From contig OZ287070.1 in NCBI GenBank assembly GCA_965645245.1, forward strand, positions 2,294,001 through 2,358,000: a DNA stretch of 64,000 nt, written 5' to 3'. Below, one piece after another: positions 1-9,435 of the stretch. The position numbers and the translations under genes are program-made. The notes below the pieces were generated by a model. That model was not told the DNA's origin, did no database searches, and worked only from the letters and a program-made list of their open reading frames with translations. Every line of letters begins with the position of its first letter. The stretch's first letter is position 1. This DNA comes from Massalongia carnosa (taxonomy: Eukaryota).

Positions 1-68
1 GGAGCTGCCATTGAACCCCTCGAGTCTTTCTATAAGGTCTCATAGCGTTTCAGAACCGAGCAGGCGAT

Positions 69-779
69 ATGGCGAGCGGTTCCCTCAGGCCAGGTTTTTG
101 TCCTATGGCTCGGGCATGGCCTGTATCACTAGGGGCTATTCTTTTCACCAACACGTTAAATCCAGTATCGCTCCAGAAAAGATATTCCAAAGTATTCGTT
201 CGTACGGCTGCTGGAGATTCAAATCGTACTCTTAAAGGATGCAGCGCGAACGCTTCAGTAACAAAATCTGCCACTACCCTTAGCTTCTGGGACTCGCCAT
301 ACGTGTGGAAGAGGGCTGGGATTAACACGCTACGATGCCTTGCTGGTTGTTCGCTCGGCGACTTTTCAGCTATGTGGTTTCTACAAGTCAACTATCCGGA
401 AATGGGTATGAGCATGATCATGGCTACCTCCAGTTAGGATTTCGTTTCAACCATTTTCATCCTCTGTCTCTAACGTTTGCTTGTAGTTGCAGCGGGCCTG
501 GCCACTTCTATGTCGCTCGAGACCGTCCTCCTCCGACTAGGGCGTGATCGGCTGAGCTGGGAAGCAGCAGCAAAGACAGCTACTGGCATGAGCTTAGCAT
601 CTATGTTGGTTATGGAGCTAGTTCAAAATACAGTCGACTACCAGTTGACAGGCGGAGTGGTTGCGCTTGACGACGCTCAATTCTGGACAGCAGCAGCAAT
701 TTCCATGCTCGCTGGTTTTCTTGCACCTCTCCCGTACAACTACATTCGATTGCGGAAGCATGGAAAGGGTTGCCATTAG
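69..779 (+). CDS. DUF4396-family membrane protein (2 exons, intron 433-486)
   Basis: ORFs 69-437 and 477-779 join via GTTAGG...CTAAC...TAG into NTLRCLAGCSLGDFS...MATSIAAGLATSMSLET...GFLAPLPYNYIRLRKHGKGCH, typical of fungal DUF4396 proteins. The start codon is uncertain. Confidence 0.75.
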
Positions 780-1485
780 AGCGGAGGCATACGAAAATTG
801 GACATTTGGGACGAAAGGAGATGCGATGATGGCTGTCGCTACTCGGTTGCATAGCACTCTACTACTGTATCCTGCAATATTTCAATCCTGTTCCCCCCAA
901 TATACACGAAATACTCATTGCTATAGCAAATCCACCGATAGCTCCAACCGTCCCCCCCCCTGAATAGTACTTACTATATAAGAGCCATGAGGCCATTATC
1001 TAGTTATCGTATACCCTTCACACCTATTTGTGACGACATGACCGCTATGCTTCGGCCCACCTCTGGTTTGTACAAGGCGTGAGGGGGTGAGAAGAGCCAG
1101 GCGGCGTCCAGACCACCGTGCCTGCAATGCTTAAGGGCGTTCAAGGGGTAGCGGCATCGCACTTTAGCTCCTGATAGCGCTTGAGTGATTTGTGCGTTTT
1201 GTGGAGCACCCGGGCATTTTAGTGGCCACGCAGAAAGCGCTCGTCAAGCCACAGGGACAGGGTCATACCATACGACTGGCCATTTTGGACACCTTGTGGG
1301 GTACACGGTTATGGCGAATAGCTGCCCTTGACGACCTATGGACAGGGAGGAGACATACCCGGACTCGGTGGGCAGAATGAATACCCCTCTATCCCTTCAA
1401 TATGGAGGAAAGCATTACTATTATTCCTTCAGTCTATGTATCAATGGTGGCCTGGAATAATTACATGCTGGCTAGGTACTCAAGA

Positions 1486-4400
1486 CTAGCGTGAGACGGT
1501 AGTGGTGCACCTGAACCCCACTCCAGGCAACTTGCTTCGCAAAAGGAGACTGCTGCAAACTACGCTCACACTGCTTAACGCCATGGCTAAGCTAGCCCAG
1601 ATAGGATCAAGTCGAATATGGCTGCCTTTGCTCACCACCGGGTACAATACGCCAGCAGCAATGGGGAGAGCGATGAGGTTGTAAACAAGAGCCCATCCAA
1701 AGTTGAACAAAACCCTCCTGAAGACGGCTTGGCTTAAATCAATGAGCACCAAAACCGATGTCAGGCACGAAGACATAAGCACAAACTCAGCAGACGATAT
1801 GGCAACGTCCGAGCCCGAACCTACCGCAATACCGACATCAGCCATGGTCAATGCCGCTGCGTCGTTGATGCCATCACCTATCATGGCGACCGTCGACCTA
1901 TGCTGAGGGCCGCGGCGACCTCGGCCTACCGAAGTCTTCTGAAGATATTGTATCTTCTCCGCCTTTTCATCAGGAAGAACTCCCGCAATCACCCTTTCCT
2001 CGGAGATACCGACCATCTTCCCGACAGCTCTCGCCGTTACTGAATTGTCGCCCGAGATCATCCATACTTCAATGCCTCTTGCCTTGAGGGCGGTAACCAC
2101 AGCAGCAGCTTCTGGACGAAGCTTATCAGATACTGCAAACACTGCTGATAACTTCCAAGTCGCTGCTCTGCTATTCCCGTCACCCTCGGCCAAAGCTTCC
2201 GATGATGTTTTTGAGGCAAATAGTGCAACAGATTTTCCCTGTGCTTTCCAGGTGCCGAGCTTTGCGTAGGTGTTACAATCAATCTGAACCTTATAGTCAG
2301 ACATTAATGCTTCATTGCCAAGAATGATCTCCGGTTTTTGAAGAGGGCATGAACTCGGCGAGAGATTGCCTTGCATGCCTTTCCCAGGTACCTCAGTCAC
2401 ATCAGAAATGGCAATACGTTTTGCTGTCTTGGTATTAGAGAACGAGACCAAGGCCTTCGCAATGGGATGACTGCTGCTTTCCTCCAATCCCCTGATGTTT
2501 CCCAGTATTCTATTCTCTTCTGCAGCAGGAAGGCATTCGTAGTCTGTCACTGATGGCTCGCCGCCTTCAGTTAAGGTCCCTGTCTTATCAAATACGATAC
2601 AGTCGAGCTTGCTGGCTTCTTGGAATGCTTCACCGCCACCTTTGACAAGAATGCCATGTTGCGCAGCCAGACCACCACCGACAAATAATGCTGTCGGAGC
2701 AGCGAGCCCAATCCCACAAGGACAGGCGACAACGAAGACGGCTATCGAGAATCGTAAAGACCAGAGTGGCCAGCCACCGACGTCCGTGTTACGGTAACTT
2801 TCCGGCAGTATCCCAGACAGACCAAGAGCCAGCCAGATGATCCATGTGGAGATACCAACTACTATCACCAGAGGCACAAAATGACTTGTAAGCAGGTCCG
2901 CCACCCGTTCGATGGGAGCACGTCTGGCTTGGCCCTCACGAACTACTTTGATAATTTGGTCGAGCAGCGAAGTCCCAGCAACATTGGATATCCGCACCGA
3001 GATCGGATTTGCCTTGTTGACAGTCCCGGCAAAAACCTCGTCGCCAATGCGCTTTGTGACGAGCCTGGACTCGCCGGTCAGGCTTGCTTCGTCAAATTGC
3101 GTCTCTCCTTCGACAATAATACCATCAGATGGTGGGACGCTGCCGTGAAAGACCTTGACGACGTCGCCAACTTCAAGTAAGTCCACAGGGATCTCGTATG
3201 TTGTTAGCTCTGTGGATTGATACTTGCCTTCGGTTGAAAATAGACCCCCGGTGGGATCGACGAGGGTGGTCTTGATCGGTCTTAGCTTTCCTAGCGATAT
3301 CACAGCGTCTCCAGTTTTGGCCTTGCTATAAGCTTCTATGAAACGGCCGATGAGAAGAAACATGGTCAGAAAAACCACGGAGTCAAAGTATAAAGCACTA
3401 GCCTCTATCGAAGCTATGTGCGCAGGTTTTGTTGCAGCAATAGCTAGCTCAGCGATGGAAGAGAAATATGCAATGGTGGTTCCTAACGAAATTAGCATGT
3501 TCATGCTTCCAAATCGATAGAACCTCCGAAGCAAAGGAGTAGTGCTTCTGGGCCTCCACATCGCCCGCAGCTCCTTGAAAGTCCGAATGTGAAAAATGTC
3601 AGCTGCGAAGAAGTAAACGGGTGTGGCCATTATGAATAGAGCCCATTCGGCACGGGTAACGCTTCCAGCCCACACCGGTTTCATCACAAAACGACGGCTC
3701 GGGTTATTTGAGCCAACCAGAGTCATTAAGACGATGCCCATGATGAAGGTGGGAAGTGCCACTATAATTGAAAGAGTAAGGCGAAAGAGGATACGTCGCT
3801 GTTCGTGAGCTCGCATTTCCTGGGAACGTTGTTCGAGTGAAGGCGGATGATAAATGGACGGCTCGAACGCGGCGTCGACCGTAGAAATAGAGGCCATAAT
3901 GTGTCTAATCGTTACTTCCGATACGTGAGGAGTATAGGTAATCCTCAAAATTGGCTCTGACATGGTTGGCAGCCTCTCCACATAGACTTTTTCGCCGAAG
4001 CTCTTGTTTAGTGCTTCAGAAATACGCATTGGACAATGGGAGCAGTACATTCCTCTAACATGTATAACAATCGTCCTTTTAGTATCGGGCTCCCCAAGCT
4101 CGCCCAATTTCGCCACGTCATCGAGAATAACACCGTATCCAACATCTTCAATTGCCTGTCTGATGACCTGAAGGTTCTCTTCACCTTTGAATATAACGGT
4201 GGCACTATTAGAGATCAAGCTAACCTCGACATTTTCCACCCAGTCGAGCTGCTGTACAGCTTTTGTGACATTTCCCACGCAGGAGCTACACGTCATTCCA
4301 CTGATAGAGAAGGTTACCCTCCGAGCGTTGGTTGAGGATGGACGAAGTACTTTCTTCGCCACGCTGATGTGATCTACATGCTCAACTGCTGCCTCGTATC

Positions 4401-5184
4401 CCAAGTCTTCGATGGCTTGAGTAATATCCGAGAGGTGTTCTTTGCCTTCAAACAGGACGATCGCACTATTAGTCAGAAGGTTGATGTCCACAGACCGTAT
4501 CCACCTATGTCGGCCAAGTGCTTCGGTGATAGTCCCCACGCAGGCGCTGCATGTCATCTCGCCGATAGCTAAGAATGCTCGAAAGACGTCCGGCGCTGAT
4601 GATGAAGAGTCGACAATTGCCAAAGGAATATGTTCAGTTGCAGGCTCTTGACGAAGGCTCCTCTTAGTCCCAACCCCAGCAGGCGCTATCGTTTTTGTAT
4701 CGTCCCTTTCAGTGTCCTTCGGCAGTAACGAAACAGGCTCTTCAGCTATCCCCCATCTTTCGGCTTGACATTGCCCACACTGCAAAACATGTTTTTCTCT
4801 CGTCTTCCTGGCCTCGCTCGAGACGAATTTCTGGGTATAGGACCACAGCCCCAGCCTTTCGCCGCCATCCTTAGTCCCAGGCTGGTTTCCTTTCTCCAAG
4901 TCCACGTCAAATATCTCGTGGTTCTGCGCAATGCTGTAGATTTCGAAAGCCTCATCCTCTAATGCCTTCCTGATAGCTGGTACTGACAACGACGGGTCGT
5001 GGCTGACCGAAACGGAATGGGAGAGGATGGAGGTCGATACTTTCAACGGCTTAGGAGACAGACGGGCGAGGGAAGATTCGATGGTGGTGATGCAGGTGGG
5101 GCAGTGAAGGTTGGGAACAAGGAAACTGGTAGTCACGACCTGCTGCTGACTGTGGATGGCCGGTAGAGAATTCTGTGAAGCCAT
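1486..5184 (-). CDS. crpA: Copper-transporting P1B-type ATPase, CrpA/Crp1-like (copper efflux), single exon
   Basis: Four HMA CxxC motifs (LHCPTC, MTCSAC, MTCSSC, MYCSHC), plus TGES, CPC, DKTGT, SHP, GDGIND and transmembrane YN / MxxSS. The N-terminal NLHCPTC resembles CrpA more than Ccc2. Confidence 0.92.
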   Translation of the reverse strand: MASQNSLPAIHSQQQVVTTSFLVPNLHCPTCITTIESSLARLSPKPLKVSTSILSHSVSVSHDPSLSVPAIRKALEDEAFEIYSIAQNHEIFDVDLEKGNQPGTKDGGERLGLWSYTQKFVSSEARKTREKHVLQCGQCQAERWGIAEEPVSLLPKDTERDDTKTIAPAGVGTKRSLRQEPATEHIPLAIVDSSSSAPDVFRAFLAIGEMTCSACVGTITEALGRHRWIRSVDINLLTNSAIVLFEGKEHLSDITQAIEDLGYEAAVEHVDHISVAKKVLRPSSTNARRVTFSISGMTCSSCVGNVTKAVQQLDWVENVEVSLISNSATVIFKGEENLQVIRQAIEDVGYGVILDDVAKLGELGEPDTKRTIVIHVRGMYCSHCPMRISEALNKSFGEKVYVERLPTMSEPILRITYTPHVSEVTIRHIMASISTVDAAFEPSIYHPPSLEQRSQEMRAHEQRRILFRLTLSIIVALPTFIMGIVLMTLVGSNNPSRRFVMKPVWAGSVTRAEWALFIMATPVYFFAADIFHIRTFKELRAMWRPRSTTPLLRRFYRFGSMNMLISLGTTIAYFSSIAELAIAATKPAHIASIEASALYFDSVVFLTMFLLIGRFIEAYSKAKTGDAVISLGKLRPIKTTLVDPTGGLFSTEGKYQSTELTTYEIPVDLLEVGDVVKVFHGSVPPSDGIIVEGETQFDEASLTGESRLVTKRIGDEVFAGTVNKANPISVRISNVAGTSLLDQIIKVVREGQARRAPIERVADLLTSHFVPLVIVVGISTWIIWLALGLSGILPESYRNTDVGGWPLWSLRFSIAVFVVACPCGIGLAAPTALFVGGGLAAQHGILVKGGGEAFQEASKLDCIVFDKTGTLTEGGEPSVTDYECLPAAEENRILGNIRGLEESSSHPIAKALVSFSNTKTAKRIAISDVTEVPGKGMQGNLSPSSCPLQKPEIILGNEALMSDYKVQIDCNTYAKLGTWKAQGKSVALFASKTSSEALAEGDGNSRAATWKLSAVFAVSDKLRPEAAAVVTALKARGIEVWMISGDNSVTARAVGKMVGISEERVIAGVLPDEKAEKIQYLQKTSVGRGRRGPQHRSTVAMIGDGINDAAALTMADVGIAVGSGSDVAISSAEFVLMSSCLTSVLVLIDLSQAVFRRVLFNFGWALVYNLIALPIAAGVLYPVVSKGSHIRLDPIWASLAMALSSVSVVCSSLLLRSKLPGVGFRCTTTVSR

Positions 5185-5512
5185 TGTACGAGATCACAAT
5201 GAGTACGAGCAATGCAGACGTAGATATGACAACATGGTTTAGGAGAAATCATAAAAGCAGAAGCCATGGGGACGTCTTAATATAATCCAGATGCCCATCG
5301 CACGAGAAAATGGTGCATTGGTAAGCACATCGACGTTTGTAAGGAAGCGTCATCAATTCACCAGCAATCGATGAAGGCGAAGTTTTGCTTGCTATTGTAT
5401 AGAGTACCTTTGGAATGCACCAAAACACGCACAATTCGCTCAGGGTGGCAGTTACCGCCAATCCGAACTCGAGCAAAGTAGGTAACAATACAGAGTAGAG
5501 TAGTTACATAGG

Positions 5513-5993
5513 CACGCGAGTGACAAAATTAAATTTACACCGAAACTTTTTCCTCACCATAATCACCGGATTTTCTGTCATAAACCGTAGTCTGGGTCCA
5601 CCTACCTGCACCTGGCGTAATACGATGACTACGTCTTGGTGCTTGGTTTGGTGGATGATGAATGGATTCTATCTGGGAAGGGCTACTATCTATAGTGGGC
5701 GAACACGTGATAAGCACGTGCCCGCTTGTTCTAGCCCTTCCGATCCATTCCATTCTAGCCTTATCTGGCTAGTCCCCTTCCTTCTAGAATCCCCTTCTGG
5801 AATCCCCCTTTTGGTACCTACATGTAGCGTTTTTTTAGTTAATTTCATGGTTTTTTGAACTTCAATAATTAAATCAATAATCTGCCATTCTGCCTTCATC
5901 ATCAATCACTGCTTGCAAACTTTTAGGCATTAAATCACGATGATTTTGGTGGGGGGAAAATTTTGGTGTGAATTTAATTTTGTCACCTGCGTG
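5513..5993. mobile_element. Non-autonomous TIR DNA transposon (MITE), CAC...GTG ends, 5-bp TSD ATAGG
   Basis: Left end cacgcgagtgacaaaattaaatttacaccgaaac matches the reverse complement of the right end, cacgcaggtgacaaaattaaattcacaccaaaat (~60-bp imperfect TIR). ATAGG lies at 5508-5512 and 5994-5998. Confidence 0.88.
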
Positions 5994-6649
5994 ATAGGTA
6001 ACGCTACACGCTCCGTACATGTATCTTATATCATGACTACTTTAATTACGTATGTACTTCGTAGTCTATACATACCTATGTAATTAAGTGGTGTATGGAA
6101 AGGAATGAACGATCAACCCTGTCTTCCCTTCCACTCATCTACTAACTAGTTAGCGACCCTGTTTATCTGTCTATCCATTCATCCATGCAGCGCGCGCATT
6201 GTGCGTGTTTTAGCGCCCCTGATTCCATCGTTCAATGGCAGAGTACTCTGTACATAGTAGGCGATGTACAGTCAAACTCTCCCCTTGCGATGCTGCTGCC
6301 TTACCTTGTATACCCTGCATGTAGACCTTTTGTGGCGTCTGCCTGGTGGTTTATTTCATCTCCCATTCTTTATTTATCGGCTAGCCGAAATCTATGCCAT
6401 GCGGAAGTACTAACTACTGACTACGGGCTTAATCAGTCTACTCGAGAGCGGTTTTGAGGGGAAGGGGGAACCGAAACGGAAGACTGTGTTCGAGATTTGA
6501 GGATGGATTTTTTAGGGGGCCCTTGCGGTCTCGATTGGACTTCTGCTTCCTTATATGTAGGAGCCCAAGGAACATGTGCTTGAGCTTTTTCGGAAGCGGC
6601 AAGACAGATGGTTTTTACGATACATATTAGCGATAGGCGCTAAGCAGCC

Positions 6650-9435
6650 CTAACATGTGCTCAGTGCTTCCAAGTTATGCAGCGACAAAAGAACGCCACA
6701 ACGCATGACACGGCCATAGAGCCCAGGTAATCGTAGGTTTGGTTTCGGCATATCTATAAGTTCCTTGGACTTCATCTGATTTTTTAGCAACTTCAAAAGC
6801 TCGTTTTTCTGCCCTCTCAACTGGTCAATACCCGGCTGCTGTTGGTCACCCTCCTGCTGTAGCATTCCTGGGCCTTCCAATGCGTTTCCAAGCGTCGGCA
6901 TTTGATCGGGTTTGCTGTTTCAACAGATCCATGAGATCTTGAATTTGCTGCATGTGCTAGTCCATTTGCTGCCTCTGTCGCTCGTTTTCTAACATAGCAG
7001 TTGCTGTTAGTCTTGGTTTTTTGTTAATCCAATCCTGCGATGAAGGAGCGCTTGTCGCAACTTCTTGAAAATTGGCTGGTTCTGATTCGTCGGCACTAGC
7101 AGTTGATATGAGAGAATTGGTCGAGACTCCGAAATCCAGGTTCTCCGGTATATCATCAATAGCTGAGCAGACCAGCTTTTGGTGCTCTGGCATGAAATTA
7201 TAATAGCCATTTTTCGTGAATTTATCGGTAGTCCATTTTTCTTTCCCTTCTTCGCTGGTGAAATCGAACGTTTTGATGGGATGACGATAGAAGGTCGTCT
7301 TGTCTCCATCAATCACAGGGTAATGACCGTAAATTCTCACAGCTCTTTCGTCGTGCGAAATTGAATAGGCTAAAGTCTTCCGGTGAAGCTTTTTCTCCCG
7401 TTTGGCGAGTTAAAAAAGTTCGACGATACCCCTCACAGCAACGGTCATAGTGTAAGCATTCTATCTATCTGCAATAGCTAGTCCTCCAGTACCACATTTC
7501 ATTTCACAGGCAAAAATGGGAAGTACATCCTCCATGTAGCGAGGAAGAAGGAGGAAAGTTTGGTTGCAGCAAAGAAGTTTCCAGTATAAGGTTCCAGCCT
7601 TTTAAGTTGATCCTGAGCAAATACAGATCGCCTAAATCCCACCGAAAAATCAGGTTGTAGATGGGTAGCGGTAGCGGTTATGGGATAGATTCATTCCAGC
7701 GTTCATTCATATCGACAATCACAGGCTCTAAATGAATGGCACCATATATTGTTAGAGTCTGAGCAGAAGGAACGATTAATCGAGAGATATTGTTAACAAG
7801 CATGGCCTCATTTCTGCTTCGTAGTTTATTATAGGTTTTTTCAAATAGATCATCGCGGAATAATGAATCCGAATTTTGAGATACCGCCTGCTCTGTATTG
7901 AGCAGATTCTGACACTTTTTTACTTTCATCTACGATTCCTTGACGGAACTCAAGCAGAAAAACCCCATTGTCCTTAAGCCAATTAATGTAGGCTAGATCT
8001 TTATAAGGTGTACTTTTGCCTCTATGTCTTGGCTAGGCGTCATAGAACTAGATTCCAATGCTTGACGGCGAAGTGTAGCAGATGATTTTTTTGGGGCAAG
8101 CAGTAAACTCATGGTGATTTCTTGTTCGAAATATTCTTTAGGCCAGCTCCCCTCCCGAATCCAATGATTGATTGGATGACCCTTATTTTTGTCCGTATCG
8201 TTCGTTGATTCCTTTTTCTCAGCGGCGCAGCCTTCCAGAGAAATTCGTGCTCGTTTTTCGGTAGGTTCGTCTTGAACTTGAGGGAACTGAACTTCCCGCG
8301 ATCGCTTCCGTTTTTGATCTGTCTCGTTTTTGTTCGGGGAACACAGTTTTTCGACCGCTTCAGGTAAGGGATGAACCGGCGAAATTGGTAAAGCCTTTTC
8401 TTAAATCAGCTTTGATGATGATGATGATGATAATTCTTATTCCGATGTGGTACCGGCCGAAGGCCGGCCCATGCGGGCAAGTCTATGGGATTATATAATA
8501 CATGGAAAACCTTTTGAGGAAGAAAAACCAAGTAATCCGATACTTCTACGAATACTCTCCGAGTCTCCGTCGAGAGATCTTCCTAAAGAACAGTTGACCG
8601 ATAACAAGTTAAAGAAAAGAATCGACGTATTTAATCGCCAATTTCAATGATATAAATGCTGTGCTGCCAGTGAGAACTTGGTTAGTAAGCCGGTCTTCAT
8701 TAACCAAGCGGTGACTAGTTTCATCGCTCTGGATGAGTCAGTAATGAGTCGATAGTTATTTGTTCCTATGGAGCGTAACATTGAACTTCTGTTACTGTTG
8801 AGTTTGCAAAACATGATTACATGTTTCGCGGTTTGTTTTGGCCAGCCACATGGACACTTCGGTGTCAAGACGTCGGGAACGCGACGTCTAAATAGGAAGT
8901 CGGCTAGATCTATCTTTTCTGAGCGTATCTGAATTGTTAGAGCGCTTTCTGCTTTGGCTAGAGTTTCGTGTAATTTAATGCGTTTTTTTGTGAGTGGGGC
9001 TGCTTGTGCTGGAGTAGGCGTAGATGTGAGGTTCTGATATGATTTCCAAGAGGTCTGCCATGCGTCTGTATACCGTTGTTTTATTTTTGCGATTATTTTG
9101 CCTTGAACGGCACGCGCTTCTTGGATGTCTCGAAAATCAGCTTTAGGTATAGTACAAATAAAATCGATTATACCTCTTTACTTGGAATATTAGTTGTTGA
9201 TGGAGACGGGAATGGGTGTTTTGCTTCAGTGTCTTTAGTTTCGAGTATGGTTTGATGTTGGGTTTTTTCTAGGCGTGCGCTCTTGCGAGTAGATCGTTGT
9301 GGCTACTTTTCGATACCTTCGGATTGCTTTCCTAATAATAGTTAGGTAAAACTAGACCAAGTCGGTGAAGCATGTCTCACCTTGGGCTTGCCGCCTAATA
9401 GTTTTAGTACTCGACTTCGCTTGCCTGCGTGCCAT
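6650..9435 (-). pseudogene. Degenerate multicopy fungal protein gene (DUF7924-like), interrupted by a LINE
   Basis: Fragments DDLFEKT..LRSRNEAMLV..ISRLIVPSAQ, QPDFSVGFRRS, IADR*NAYTMTVAVRGIVELF*LAKREKKLHR, SISHD..VRIYGHYPVIDGDKTTFYRHPI. In-frame stops and frameshifts are present. Putative first exon MARRQAKSS starts at 9435. Confidence 0.7.
8414..9133 (-). mobile_element. 5'-truncated Tad1-like non-LTR retrotransposon (3' end of ORF2 plus 3' UTR)
   Basis: Minus-strand frame ...LTIQIRSEKIDLADFLFRRRVPDVLTPKCPCGWPKQTAKHVIMFC (CCHC knuckle), ending at 8644. (ATC)6 tail at 8414-8431. 11-bp TSD aaatcagcttt at 8403-8413 and 9134-9144. Confidence 0.9.

Noticed and set aside
1000..1440. GC-richer spacer between DUF4396 and crpA as a TE relic
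   Set aside because: No TIR, TSD or coding remnant identifiable.
8447..8650. 67-aa + strand ORF
   Set aside because: Antisense to the LINE 3' UTR; no independent evidence.
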